A stretch of DNA of 64,000 nt from a virus. Taxonomy: Duplodnaviria > Caudoviricetes. Both the position numbers and the translations under genes were made by a program. The DNA lies in the IMG/VR virus record IMGVR_UViG_3300006092_000137, positions 3,951 to 67,950 of that record. One strand, written 5' to 3'. A model generated the notes under the pieces. That model saw nothing but the letters and a program-made list of their open reading frames with translations. It was not told the origin of the DNA and did no database searches. Below, one piece after another: positions 1 to 9,200 of the stretch (position 1 is its first letter; every line of letters starts with the position of its first letter).

Positions 1-90
1 CGCCCAAATCGAGGCCAGAAAGTTGCTTCAATCCCAGCATGCTGCACACATGCTGACGGGCGTTCCCGAGGGCAGCACGAGCACCACCTG

Positions 91-633
91 GTGGGACGAC
101 CTGTGAAGTCGGTTAACCCCAGGGTATACGCCCAGCACTCGAACGCACGCCTGGCAGAGGTACGAAGCAAATTGAGCGTACAATCACGCACCAACGCCCA
201 CACGCTCATCTCCGAGACGGTGCTGGCCCCCAACATCACCATGCGCCATTTCCAGCCCCGTGGAGGCATCTGGGAGCGCTTGAGGGAGAAGGGGGTAGTC
301 CATGACCTGGAAGGGACCGAGATCTTCGTCATAACGCTGTCTGTGGCCGCCACAGAGGATTACGCGAGCCAGGTACGCCTGGCAGACTCCTGGCCCAACC
401 CCCAAGGTGAGCCAGGAGCCTTCTACGAGTGCTCTGTGCGGCGTATGACTGAGCCCGGGCCCTACTCGTGGGCGGTGGAATGGTTGATGGGGGACGACCG
501 GCAATTGTCCCTATTCGCCACTTTCATCGCTGCCAGGGAGTACGCCGTCACCGAGCTACAGCGCTGGGATTGTACAAGAAGGCTAATTGGCCGAACCCCC
601 GACCAATCCGGGGAGCCCGGTACCGCACCCTAA
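91..633 (+). CDS. hypothetical protein
   Basis: 180-aa ORF upstream of terS; start uncertain; no recognised motif. Confidence 0.4.
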   Translation: MGRPVKSVNPRVYAQHSNARLAEVRSKLSVQSRTNAHTLISETVLAPNITMRHFQPRGGIWERLREKGVVHDLEGTEIFVITLSVAATEDYASQVRLADSWPNPQGEPGAFYECSVRRMTEPGPYSWAVEWLMGDDRQLSLFATFIAAREYAVTELQRWDCTRRLIGRTPDQSGEPGTAP

Positions 634-828
634 TTAGACACTCTGGCGCATTAGCCATCGAGAAGACCTCCCACCCTCACCCGGGGTGTGCTATCAATTG
701 TCCAAAGGCGACAATTAGCCGCCCATACGAGAGAGGGTACGTTGGCCAAGCTGGACCACTCCTTCAATAAATACAAGCACTTCCCCCGACTGTACAATTA
801 CCTGTCTAATTACAGGGGGGAGTCCTGA

Positions 829-1794
829 ATGGGAAACAAGCCCCGTACCAAGGAATTGTACAACCAAGTTTTGGCTGCCGCGCGCATCCACCGAGACCAG
901 CATGGGAAGGTGGCTCGCCAGATAGGAATCCACCGCCACACGGTGCGTGCCCTGTGGGAGAAAGGGTGGCCCGACAAGGTGGGCTGCATCCCCATCAGCG
1001 AGCAAATCAAGATGGACGAGATCTTGGTGCGCTCGGCACGCACTGGGGCAGACCCAGAGGACCAGGTGGACGTAGCCCGGCAGGTGCTGACCACCACTCT
1101 CGATGCTGCCCGCCTGGATGCCCTCGACGCAGCAGACCTCTTGGGGAAGGCAGCCAAGAAGGCGAAGGAGCTCGAAGACAGGGCACAGGCCACCCTGAAG
1201 GAAGCCCAGGACAAACTCGACGAGGTCACCAAGCTGGTGGACGCCAAGACCTTCGAGGCAGAGCGCACCGCCAAGATCACCCTCGCCAACGCAGAGATTC
1301 AGGCCAAGCAGGAGCTGGCCAAGATTCTCCAACGGGCCAAGGTGGACGCCGCTGAAACGTTAGCTGACGAAGCGAACGCAGCTAAGTTCGGGCGGAAGGC
1401 AGCCTTCGCGGCCACCGTCATCGCGGCGATGCTCCTGAAAGATGCTCAGGTCATCGCCAACAGCCTGCGCACCGCCCTGGGGGACATCTCCAAGCTTTCC
1501 CCCAGGGAAGCAATGCGCACTGCGCGGGAAATGGTGCGCTTGGTGGAGTCGGCGGAGAAGGCCCTCATTTTGTCGTTCCAAGCTGAGCGCCTGCGCCTCA
1601 ACCAACCCACCGAAGTCATCGGTGTGGCCAGCATGGATGCCTCGCTGGAGTCGCGTGAGCTGAAGCTGCGCGTCATTCAGCGCTCGCTCGCCAAAGAGCG
1701 GGCAAAGCTCGAACTCGTGAAGGTGGAGGAAGCCCCCAATGGCGACGTTGTCAGTACCGGAGATCGAGCAGCTGGCGCTGGGGCCAATCAATAA
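829..1794 (+). CDS. terS: putative terminase small subunit (N-terminal HTH, long coiled coil)
   Basis: HTH-like GKVARQIGIHRHTVRALWEKGW; overlaps terL start; G-rich RBS. Confidence 0.65.
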   Translation: MGNKPRTKELYNQVLAAARIHRDQHGKVARQIGIHRHTVRALWEKGWPDKVGCIPISEQIKMDEILVRSARTGADPEDQVDVARQVLTTTLDAARLDALDAADLLGKAAKKAKELEDRAQATLKEAQDKLDEVTKLVDAKTFEAERTAKITLANAEIQAKQELAKILQRAKVDAAETLADEANAAKFGRKAAFAATVIAAMLLKDAQVIANSLRTALGDISKLSPREAMRTAREMVRLVESAEKALILSFQAERLRLNQPTEVIGVASMDASLESRELKLRVIQRSLAKERAKLELVKVEEAPNGDVVSTGDRAAGAGANQ

Positions 1795-3283
1795 CAGCTG
1801 GCCTGCAGGACACCCCCCGCCCCTCGACTTTGAGCCGGACATCGACGGGCCGGAGCAGAACTCGATTCTCGACCACGAGCTCATCAACCGGGCCCGGGTG
1901 GACATCGATGCATTTGTCACTGTCGTCATGCGTGACGAGCAAACGGGGGACCCCCTGGAGCAGGCTCCTGTCCACGCAGCGTGGCATGGCCTGGCAGACG
2001 ATAACGAGCGCCTGCTGATCTGGAGCGCAATCGAGCACGGGAAGACGACGCAAATGTCGGTGGCCCGGGCCCTGTGGCTCCTGGGGGTGGATCCGACGCT
2101 GCGTATCGCCATCGTTTCCAACACGGCAATGCAGGCAGAGAAGGTGCTGCGCTCCATCAAGCGGTACATCGAGACCAGCGCTGAGCTCCACGCGGTGTTC
2201 CCCGAGCTCAAGCCCACGTCGGACCAGTGGACGAGTCGGGCCATCACTGTGAAGCGCCCCACCATGTCCAAGGACCCCAGCATCCAGACGCTGGGCATCC
2301 ACGGCAACATCTTGGGCTCGCGCGTTGACTACCTCATCATCGACGACTTGCTCGACGTGGAGAACACCGCCACGGCAGCCTCCCGCGAGAAGTGCTTCCA
2401 GTGGGTGCAGGCTTCCTGCTTGGGCCGTCTCACAGAGCGCGGGCGCGTGGTGGTGGTGGGCACGGCATTCCACCCCGACGATGCTCTGCACAAGCTGGCA
2501 CGGCTCCCAGGCTTCAAAGCGTTCCGTTACCCAGTGCTGAACGACGAGGGTAGCCCGCGTTGGCCAGAACGTTGGAGCATCGAGCGCATTCAGAAGACGC
2601 GAGACACCCTGGGGCCTCTGGAATTCGCTCGCCAGTTGCTCTGCGTGGCGCGCTCCGATGACGAAGCCCGCTTCAAGAAAGAGTGGATCGACTGGTGCCT
2701 GCGCCGTGGAGAGGGCAAGCAGCTCGTCTACGGCATGGACAAGCTGCCGCCGCACTTCAAAACGTACACGGGGGTGGACTTGGCGGTGCAGCAGAAAGAC
2801 GCCAGTGACAGCACCTGTCTCTTCACGATTGCCGTGCACCCACAGGGGGACCGAGAAATTCTGAACATCGAGTCAGGCAAGTGGAGCGGGCCTGAAATCG
2901 TCAGTCGCATCATCGACACGCACCGCAGGTACATGAGCATTTGCATCGTGGAGAACAACGCTGCCCAGGACTTCATCATCCAGTTTGCGCGCGGAGCATT
3001 CGCGGTGCCTATTAAGCCTTTCACCACGGGGCGCAACAAGGCCCACCCCGAGTTCGGCATCGAATCGATTGCCGCTGAGATGGCCGGGCGGAAGTGGATC
3101 ATCCCCAGCAAAGGGGGGCACCCATCGCACCCTGAGATTCACCAGTGGGTGCAGGAGATGTTGTTCTATCAGCCCACCGCCCACACGGGGGACAGGCTCA
3201 TGGCTTCCTGGTTCGCTCGTGAGGGAGCTCGCCTGGCGACGCAGCGGGTGGAGTCTGGCCGCATCGACGTTTTGAGCCGATGA
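1739..3283 (+). CDS. terL: terminase large subunit
   Basis: Walker A IEHGKTT, Walker B YLIIDD, coupling motif VGT, nuclease YTGVDLA and C-terminal HTGDRLMASWFA. Confidence 0.95.
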   Translation: MATLSVPEIEQLALGPINNSWPAGHPPPLDFEPDIDGPEQNSILDHELINRARVDIDAFVTVVMRDEQTGDPLEQAPVHAAWHGLADDNERLLIWSAIEHGKTTQMSVARALWLLGVDPTLRIAIVSNTAMQAEKVLRSIKRYIETSAELHAVFPELKPTSDQWTSRAITVKRPTMSKDPSIQTLGIHGNILGSRVDYLIIDDLLDVENTATAASREKCFQWVQASCLGRLTERGRVVVVGTAFHPDDALHKLARLPGFKAFRYPVLNDEGSPRWPERWSIERIQKTRDTLGPLEFARQLLCVARSDDEARFKKEWIDWCLRRGEGKQLVYGMDKLPPHFKTYTGVDLAVQQKDASDSTCLFTIAVHPQGDREILNIESGKWSGPEIVSRIIDTHRRYMSICIVENNAAQDFIIQFARGAFAVPIKPFTTGRNKAHPEFGIESIAAEMAGRKWIIPSKGGHPSHPEIHQWVQEMLFYQPTAHTGDRLMASWFAREGARLATQRVESGRIDVLSR

Positions 3284-3546
3284 ACCGTGGGCGCCACCGC
3301 AGGTACGTTTGGCTGGTGTGGGTGCGCCCGCACTTCAGCTACCGGCCACCCTCCAGGCACTTGGTGTCGTTGCATTACGTGCGCTGGGCGATGTACCTGC
3401 AGCACAGCTTAGGCAAGTTCACCCCACGTCGTAGCCAGGCCCGCCAAAGGGCCTACGAATGGCGCCAGGTGGCCGAAGGGCAGTGGGCCATGGTAGCCAC
3501 GGGGTGGCGGAAAACGATGGCCCCAGCGGGCAAGGAGGGCCTGTGA
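3280..3546 (+). CDS. hypothetical Trp/Arg-rich protein
   Basis: ATGA overlap with terL stop and GTGA overlap with next gene. Confidence 0.5.
   Translation: MNRGRHRRYVWLVWVRPHFSYRPPSRHLVSLHYVRWAMYLQHSLGKFTPRRSQARQRAYEWRQVAEGQWAMVATGWRKTMAPAGKEGL
3509..3534 (+). promoter_or_regulatory. GGAAA-N14-GGGCAAG motif 1
   Basis: 8 nt before GTG 3543. Confidence 0.65.
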
Positions 3547-3815
3547 AGGTCATTCGCTGGTGGGAGGAGGACAAGTGGGGCAAGCACTTGCTCTGGGTCT
3601 GGCAGGAGGCTCCTCTGGGGGATTCCCATCGTTGGGTGTGCGCTTGGGTAGAGCAGCTGCCTGAAGGGTGGCGCTGTTACGCGCGTGCCGATTTCCACTC
3701 CGACTCGCCGCATCAGTCCTTCGTTGTGAAGGGCTCGTTTGAGCATGCCAAGCGAAAGGCTGCTGCTCAGGCCAAAGTGCTCCAAGCCGCTTTCCGTTTG
3801 GGCGCGCATGTCTAA
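3543..3815 (+). CDS. GSLxWAKRR-family small protein with AAxRLxG tag
   Basis: GTG start overlapping previous stop; GSFEHAKRK...QAAFRLGAHV. Confidence 0.75.
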   Translation: MKVIRWWEEDKWGKHLLWVWQEAPLGDSHRWVCAWVEQLPEGWRCYARADFHSDSPHQSFVVKGSFEHAKRKAAAQAKVLQAAFRLGAHV

Positions 3816-3816
3816 G

Positions 3817-3842
3817 GGAAAATTCATGCGCCTTGGGGCAAT
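3817..3842 (+). promoter_or_regulatory. GGAAA-N14-GGGCAAT motif 2
   Basis: 9 nt before ATG 3852. Confidence 0.6.
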
Positions 3843-3851
3843 GGGAAGGGT

Positions 3852-4106
3852 ATGGCCTACAAGTGGTATGCGCATTTTTACGATTCCGATCAGCCTGAAT
3901 ACGTATTGGTGGAGGAGGTTGGGGAAAATGCAGGCAGACGGCGTGCTTCGATAATTCAAATCAATAAGGCTTGGTGGTGCGAGATCATGAGCCCGCGTCG
4001 TCAGACCGTTTCGTTTTTCAGTCGCGGGTCGTTGAAGTGGGCGAAGCGCCGCGTGTGGCTCGCGTTCCAGCAATTTGACGGTGCTGAGCGGCTGACGGGT
4101 GGATGA
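3852..4106 (+). CDS. GSLxWAKRR-family small protein with AAxRLxG tag
   Basis: GSLKWAKRR...DGAERLTGG. Confidence 0.75.
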   Translation: MAYKWYAHFYDSDQPEYVLVEEVGENAGRRRASIIQINKAWWCEIMSPRRQTVSFFSRGSLKWAKRRVWLAFQQFDGAERLTGG

Positions 4107-4381
4107 TGCGTTTCTGGTGGGAGCTTGAAGAGACTGAAAGGATGCCTCGCTGGCGCATGATGCAGGCGCCAGGCAAGCAGACTACTCGCTGTGCAACAGT
4201 GACTTGGTTAGAGGAAGAGGGCAAAAAAGGTGTGTGGCAGATCATTTTGCATGTGGGCATGCTGAACATCACCAGCACGATGTTTTTCAGCAGGGGCAAT
4301 TTCAAGACGGTGATGCAGCGCACGCGGAAGGAATACCTGCGGTTAAGCGCTGCCTCGCGCTTGACGGGGACGCACTGGTGA
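4103..4381 (+). CDS. diverged GSLxWAKRR-family protein with AAxRLxG tag
   Basis: RGNFKTVMQR...SAASRLTGTHW; ATGA overlap. Confidence 0.7.
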   Translation: MMRFWWELEETERMPRWRMMQAPGKQTTRCATVTWLEEEGKKGVWQIILHVGMLNITSTMFFSRGNFKTVMQRTRKEYLRLSAASRLTGTHW

Positions 4382-4698
4382 CACGCTTGGAAGGTTTGGA
4401 ATGGCGGCGCATCGTAGAGTCGGGCGTTTGGACGCTGGTGGATATGAACTTGGCGCATTTGCTGAGCGGGGGCAGTCATGCGCTCGCGTGGGCTGCTTCG
4501 ATGCGCCCACACCCGCTTCGCACACGCACGGGGGAGCACGTCTACTGGCAGACGACGCTGTACCTTGGAATAAAGAAGCACGAGTACACCTGTCGGGGCT
4601 CCCTCACGTGGGCCAAGCGTCGGGCCCTGCTTGAGTACCGCAAGCGCGAAGCTCAGCTGCGGCTCAAGGGGCAGTGGGTCCGCTATGGTGAAACGTGA
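4378..4698 (+). CDS. GSLxWAKRR-family small protein with AAxRLxG tag
   Basis: GTGA overlap start; GSLTWAKRR...EAQLRLKG. Confidence 0.75.
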   Translation: MTRLEGLEWRRIVESGVWTLVDMNLAHLLSGGSHALAWAASMRPHPLRTRTGEHVYWQTTLYLGIKKHEYTCRGSLTWAKRRALLEYRKREAQLRLKGQWVRYGET

Positions 4699-4994
4699 GT
4701 CACGGGTTTGTTTGGCTCGTTGAGGCGCTGGGTAGAAAGTTAGATCCACATTGGGTCATGGTGCACGAGAAGGCCATGAATAACAGAAGCTCCTGGAGGG
4801 CCCGTGATTGGCGGGTGGAGCTCCACCCGCGCAGTGTGGGCTTCTTGATTCAGGTCTATATCGACTCAGGGAATCGAGGCACGCACTACTTCTACTGCGC
4901 AGGTTCATTGGCCTGGGCAAAGCGGCGGGGGCGGCAGATTTACCAGCGCATGGACGCGGCGAACCGTCTCAAAGGCGTTTCCGAGGAAATTTAG
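4695..4994 (+). CDS. GSLxWAKRR-family small protein with AAxRLxG tag
   Basis: GSLAWAKRR...DAANRLKG. Confidence 0.75.
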   Translation: MSHGFVWLVEALGRKLDPHWVMVHEKAMNNRSSWRARDWRVELHPRSVGFLIQVYIDSGNRGTHYFYCAGSLAWAKRRGRQIYQRMDAANRLKGVSEEI

Positions 4995-5010
4995 AGCAGC
5001 CTGGGGCAAG
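4985..5010 (+). promoter_or_regulatory. GGAAA-N14-GGGCAAG motif 3
   Basis: 10 nt before ATG 5021. Confidence 0.7.
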
Positions 5011-5020
5011 GGAAGGAGCA

Positions 5021-5341
5021 ATGGCTGCTATCCCCGGTACCTACGGTGAGCTGATGGAAGAAATGGAGCACGCGCTGACGTTGGAAGGCGCAGAGCAGCA
5101 AGCCTATGTGCAGAGGCTTCTGGCGCAGAGCGGGCCTCACGCGCGGGAGAACATTGGTTACCTGACTGGGTACTTTGACCGCGAAAAGTCTTCGAAGCTG
5201 CGGGAGCTTTTCAGCGCTCCACATCCAGTGTTTGGCATGCGTCACCCGACGCCTGAGGAAGCGTTCGAGGCAGGGGTGGTGTTGGCCTCGAAGGTCATCA
5301 AGGTGCGGGCGAAGAAACCAAGAAAGGGAAGGAAGAAATGA
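5021..5341 (+). CDS. hypothetical protein with basic C-terminal tail
   Basis: RBS GGAAGGAG before ATG 5021; ends KVRAKKPRKGRKK. Confidence 0.7.
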   Translation: MAAIPGTYGELMEEMEHALTLEGAEQQAYVQRLLAQSGPHARENIGYLTGYFDREKSSKLRELFSAPHPVFGMRHPTPEEAFEAGVVLASKVIKVRAKKPRKGRKK

Positions 5342-5697
5342 ATCCAAAGGTCATGGTGACGCAGCAGGCGGTGGTGAAAAAGGCTCCTATTCAGGTCACT
5401 GTGCCTGTGAAGCTGGTTGAGGGGTTGGAGGGCATTACGCTCGGGTTCCGCGCGGGCATGATCTCTTGCGAGCACGGTGGTGTGGCCACTGGTGCAGGGT
5501 TGGGTAACGATTGGATCCACGTCGATTGGAAGGGTAAACACTTCGCGCTTCGCGGGCTGGACCTCTTGGCTGCCGTGGTGGCCACGTTTGATCCGGAAGA
5601 TGCAAAGGCGATTGCAGGGGCGGAGATCGGTGGGGGTGTCGAAGTCACCGCTGGTGTGGTTGACGTTGCAAAGCCCAAGCGTAAAAGGAAGCGATGA
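5338..5697 (+). CDS. hypothetical protein with basic C-terminal tail
   Basis: ATGA overlap; ends KPKRKRKR. Confidence 0.65.
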   Translation: MNPKVMVTQQAVVKKAPIQVTVPVKLVEGLEGITLGFRAGMISCEHGGVATGAGLGNDWIHVDWKGKHFALRGLDLLAAVVATFDPEDAKAIAGAEIGGGVEVTAGVVDVAKPKRKRKR

Positions 5698-6074
5698 AAA
5701 TCGACGACGAAGAAGTGGACATCCCCTTGCCTGGTGAGCGCGACATTGACGGAACGGGCGGGTTCCTTTTGATGGCGTTTGCGCTGATGGGCGGGGTGTA
5801 CGCCGTCTACTGGTTGGGGGCGTGCTGTGGCTTCTGGTGAGCTCAAGTTTGCATTCGAATGGGACGGAGAGCCGCTCAGCGCCATTCGCGATCTGCTGGA
5901 GCGGTGAGGTGGGCTCCTTTGCACACCAGGAATGCTGCGGCAAGCTCCTCTGGTATCGGCATCTGGACTCCCCGCCGCATTTTTGCCCGAAGCCGAGACA
6001 CCATCGCGGGGCGTGTTGGGCGGGCCTTTCTCTGCAATCGATTTTTGAAGCACTCGCAAGACGAAAGGTGAAAC

Positions 6075-6287
6075 GTGGCAAAGCGAAAAAGTGAGACGGA
6101 GCTGATCCAGCGCGGTGTGCGCCTGGGCATCAAAGCAGCGAACGACAGGCGCCTGGTGGAGTACCGCAGGTTGGTTCAGGTCTACGGCGTGCGTGCAATC
6201 AAGGAAAGCCCTGTTTTCAAAGCGCTCTGGGACGTCGAGATGGACATGTGGAAAATCGTTGAGGGCTTGGGCAAGAAGGCAGCATGA
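6075..6287 (+). CDS. hypothetical protein
   Basis: AGGTG RBS, GTG start, coupled to next gene. Confidence 0.6.
   Translation: MAKRKSETELIQRGVRLGIKAANDRRLVEYRRLVQVYGVRAIKESPVFKALWDVEMDMWKIVEGLGKKAA
6250..6275 (+). promoter_or_regulatory. GGAAA-N14-GGGCAAG motif 4
   Basis: 8 nt before ATG 6284. Confidence 0.65.
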
Positions 6288-6496
6288 GCGAAGAGGCGAA
6301 GCCACGCATGGTGTTCAAGGCCGAGCAAGACACTGAGGACACTGATACGTGGCGCATCAACATGCATCTTGGCGAACGTGGGTACGTGGAGGTTTGTGAA
6401 GGCCAAGCTTACGGCTTGACCTCGAAGGAGACGGCACGCATGTTCGAGGTCATCGCCAAAGCACTCAACGAGCACTACGCGGTGAACCCTTTATGA
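6284..6496 (+). CDS. hypothetical protein
   Basis: ATGA coupling; preceded by GGAAA-N14-GGGCAAG motif. Confidence 0.65.
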   Translation: MSEEAKPRMVFKAEQDTEDTDTWRINMHLGERGYVEVCEGQAYGLTSKETARMFEVIAKALNEHYAVNPL

Positions 6497-6831
6497 GCTC
6501 TGCGGACTGCCCACGCATGAAGCCCGAAGAGGTCATCAAATTCGCCGAGGGGTGGTTGGCGGGAACGGTATTCACCAGCGGTGATGTGCCGCAGGACCTC
6601 TGGGCGATGGTCTTTCTCCCGTTCATTTTCATGGACATCCCAGAGGGTGCTGGGTTTCTGTGGGCCTCGACTGTGGAAGATCAGCTTACCGGGCGGGCGA
6701 TCAACGGCTTTCCCGTTTTCGCTTCATGCCGCTTAATGCACAAGCTCGACGTCGATGTTTGCAAAAGCGCCATCAAAAAGCTTGAAGCAGCTCGTGATGC
6801 GCTGAAGGTGGAGCTCGCCAATGGCGGATGA
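6493..6831 (+). CDS. hypothetical protein
   Basis: ATGA coupling in operon-like run. Confidence 0.6.
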   Translation: MSSADCPRMKPEEVIKFAEGWLAGTVFTSGDVPQDLWAMVFLPFIFMDIPEGAGFLWASTVEDQLTGRAINGFPVFASCRLMHKLDVDVCKSAIKKLEAARDALKVELANGG

Positions 6832-7033
6832 AAACGGCGCTGCCACCATTCACCTGAGCCGGTCGGTCTACGACAACGTTGTCGCTGGAGCCAAGCGCGC
6901 GGGGAGACTTGAAGCGCTCGGTGACGTGAAGGACTTCATCAAAAACTGCAAGCAGGTGGTAGGCACGGCGCAAGAGAGGGACTTCGCCGACTACATCATC
7001 GCCAAGCTTGGTCAGATGGAGAAAGACCTGTGA
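6821..7033 (+). CDS. hypothetical protein
   Basis: GGAG RBS; helical composition. Confidence 0.55.
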   Translation: MADENGAATIHLSRSVYDNVVAGAKRAGRLEALGDVKDFIKNCKQVVGTAQERDFADYIIAKLGQMEKDL

Positions 7034-7227
7034 GCCCGGTTCGCGGAGAAGTCGAAGGGGACGAGTGCCCCGTCTGCAACAACTGCCTCGATTTGGAAGG
7101 CGAGTTTCACGAGGGCTCTGAAGTCGAATGCGAATGCGGTGCGCTGTTGGAGATCACTGACGTTCAGGCTGTGTACACGGTCAGAATGGGTGTGCTCACG
7201 CTGCCAGAGAAGGAAAAGGAAACGTGA
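7030..7227 (+). CDS. LysW-like zinc-ribbon protein
   Basis: CPVC...EVECECGALLEI, acidic; lacks the EDWGE C-terminus of LysW. Confidence 0.55.
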   Translation: MSPVRGEVEGDECPVCNNCLDLEGEFHEGSEVECECGALLEITDVQAVYTVRMGVLTLPEKEKET

Positions 7228-7454
7228 GCATCCGATTGGCGTTGGAGTGCGACAGCTGCGGCATTTCTCTGCACGACGCTTCAAACCCAGTGTCACGGCG
7301 TACCCCCCGGGCTGACCACTTTCGGGCTCGCGCAGAGCGGGAGGGTTGGGCGACCCAATCCATGGGCCTGGATAACCTGGGCACGTCAGGCCCCTCAGAT
7401 TACTGCCAGCGCTGTGTGAAGGAGCGTTCGGCGGGGAGGGACCGAAAGGTATGA
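7224..7454 (+). CDS. small zinc-finger protein
   Basis: CDSC and YCQRC pairs. Confidence 0.55.
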   Translation: MSIRLALECDSCGISLHDASNPVSRRTPRADHFRARAEREGWATQSMGLDNLGTSGPSDYCQRCVKERSAGRDRKV

Positions 7455-7675
7455 TGGATCTGTATTGGCACTGCCTGAAGTGTGGCGCACATGAACTTGT
7501 GCAGCCTACAGGTGGCGACGAGAAGTATGTGCTTGGGGACAAAGAGAAATGCATCGAGTGTGGTGATGGAATGGCACATGTTGTAACGCTTCGAATGGGG
7601 GCGGCTTACGAACAGGGACGAGCGCTCGGCATGAGCGTTAAAGCAGCCTGGGCACGCGCGCAGAGCATCAAATGA
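7451..7675 (+). CDS. small zinc-finger protein
   Basis: CLKC and CIEC pairs. Confidence 0.55.
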   Translation: MMDLYWHCLKCGAHELVQPTGGDEKYVLGDKEKCIECGDGMAHVVTLRMGAAYEQGRALGMSVKAAWARAQSIK

Positions 7676-8019
7676 TGCTGAAGCTCGTCGTGCGCTCTTG
7701 GGAGAATGACTGGTACACCATTCAGCGGTGGGTGATGGAAGGCGAGCACCGCGAGTGGATGGAGCGGGTGGACGAGCACGGCATGACGTTGCGGGATTCG
7801 ACGCGCATCTCCGATGCTGACATTGAAGGGTACTTGGTCGAGTTCAAGCAGCTCGCGCAGGCGATTCGTTCTAGGGGCTCCGCACACTTCAAGCGGTGCG
7901 CTGTCGAGGTGATTGGCGAATACGCTTATTTCTGGTCCCCACGCAATTCGCAGATCCGCGCAGGTGTGCACTTGGATGTGGCCGATGACTTGGCTACCCA
8001 AATTGAGGCCCTGGCGTGA
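7672..8019 (+). CDS. hypothetical protein
   Basis: ATGA coupling. Confidence 0.6.
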   Translation: MMLKLVVRSWENDWYTIQRWVMEGEHREWMERVDEHGMTLRDSTRISDADIEGYLVEFKQLAQAIRSRGSAHFKRCAVEVIGEYAYFWSPRNSQIRAGVHLDVADDLATQIEALA

Positions 8020-8225
8020 CTGCCCGCTGCGTGATGGTGGGCCGAGAAGACCAGCCTCCTCAGTCGTGGTGTGGGCGCAAGCTCAGTGGGCGGGAGTGGT
8101 ACTTCACCAATGAGTCCCACGCGCTCGTGTACTTCAAGAACGCAGATGGGGTGACTGGCATTGCCCCCTGCAAGAAGTGCTTGCGCGCAATGGTGGAACT
8201 CCTGGAGAAGACACTCGCTTTTTAG
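8016..8225 (+). CDS. small Cys-containing protein
   Basis: GTGA coupling; C...WCG...PCKKC. Confidence 0.55.
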   Translation: MTARCVMVGREDQPPQSWCGRKLSGREWYFTNESHALVYFKNADGVTGIAPCKKCLRAMVELLEKTLAF

Positions 8226-8231
8226 CCTTCT

Positions 8232-8257
8232 GGAAAAAAGTGCCTACTCAGGGCAAG
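8232..8257 (+). promoter_or_regulatory. GGAAA-N14-GGGCAAG motif 5
   Basis: 9 nt before ATG 8267. Confidence 0.7.
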
Positions 8258-8266
8258 AGGGTAGGC

Positions 8267-8656
8267 ATGTCAGAAAAACAACCGAAATACCTCCCAGTCG
8301 CAAAGGCAGCCGTGTTGGTGAAGCGCACTCCCAGCGTGGTGTACGCGTGGATCAAACGTGGACAACTGAAGCAAAACCGCAGTGGAAAGGTTGCGCGTGA
8401 AGACGTTCTGCGCGTGGACCATACGCAGCCGCGTCGGGCACCAACGCAAGAAGAAGCGGCGGTGCATCCGGTGATGGCGCGTGAACACTCCGACAACGCT
8501 GCTTTGAAGCAAATTGCCGTAGAGCGCCTAGACGAGCTCCGAGCAGAGAAGGTTGCTGAGCTTCTTGCCATCATTGATCCGGGTACGCGGGTGGACGCGG
8601 AGACGGTGCGTATTGTTGTGGCCCTTGACGCGCATATGAAGAAGCAGGGGGCGTAA
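8267..8656 (+). CDS. excisionase/MerR-like HTH DNA-binding protein
   Basis: YLPVAKAAVLVKRTPSVVYAWIKRGQL fits HTH_17-type pattern. Confidence 0.75.
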   Translation: MSEKQPKYLPVAKAAVLVKRTPSVVYAWIKRGQLKQNRSGKVAREDVLRVDHTQPRRAPTQEEAAVHPVMAREHSDNAALKQIAVERLDELRAEKVAELLAIIDPGTRVDAETVRIVVALDAHMKKQGA

Positions 8657-8658
8657 AA

Positions 8659-8910
8659 ATGTCGATCGTCAGCAAGAAAGTTGGCCCGGGCACTTTCCCC
8701 ACCGACTTCGATTACCACCAGATGGTGGGTGAGTATTCGGTGTACAGCTGGTGCCCGACGCCTGACGGCACGGGGCCCGCGACGCAGGTGCACCTGCATT
8801 TCCACACGGACCTGGGCAAAATCGCGGTGCGCTTGAAATCGGCGCGTGCCTGCGACGAGCTGATCAAGGTCCTGCAGGAGCACCGCGAAGACGTGTGGGG
8901 GAAGCCTTGA
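8659..8910 (+). CDS. hypothetical protein
   Basis: high GC3 ORF with RBS. Confidence 0.6.
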   Translation: MSIVSKKVGPGTFPTDFDYHQMVGEYSVYSWCPTPDGTGPATQVHLHFHTDLGKIAVRLKSARACDELIKVLQEHREDVWGKP

Positions 8911-9200
8911 AGAAAAAGAAAAAGAGACGGTTAAGTTGGCACAAGATGTTGGGCGGTAGTGACGGTGACGAAGGCGTTTGGACCCACAACGAGTATATGG
9001 TCTGTGTTCAGCAGACTCACGACGGCAAGTGGTACTACTCCTGGGATGGCATCAATGCCCACATTACAGATGGTGAAATTTATGGGGGCTTCCTTACACG
9101 TGGTGAGGCTCAACGCGCAGCAATGAAGAACATCGCCGTCGCTGACGCTGTTGGTAGGCTTAGCGATGGAGAGTCCCCGTTTCGACGGTTTGACGATTGA
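8907..9200 (+). CDS. hypothetical protein (beta3-alpha pattern, AAxRL tag)
   Basis: GKWYYSWDG...GFLTRGEAQRAA...DAVGRLSDG; TTGA overlap start. Confidence 0.6.
   Translation: MKKKKKRRLSWHKMLGGSDGDEGVWTHNEYMVCVQQTHDGKWYYSWDGINAHITDGEIYGGFLTRGEAQRAAMKNIAVADAVGRLSDGESPFRRFDD

Noticed and set aside
4204-4377. Longer track starts for ORFs 4204, 4808, 9268, 13486, 14871, 31950, 36672
   Set aside because: They overlap upstream genes in other frames; RBS and stop/start coupling support the shorter starts reported.
8267-8656. Excisionase implying a temperate lifestyle
   Set aside because: The HTH class is generic and no integrase, repressor or att site was found in the window; lifestyle is left open.
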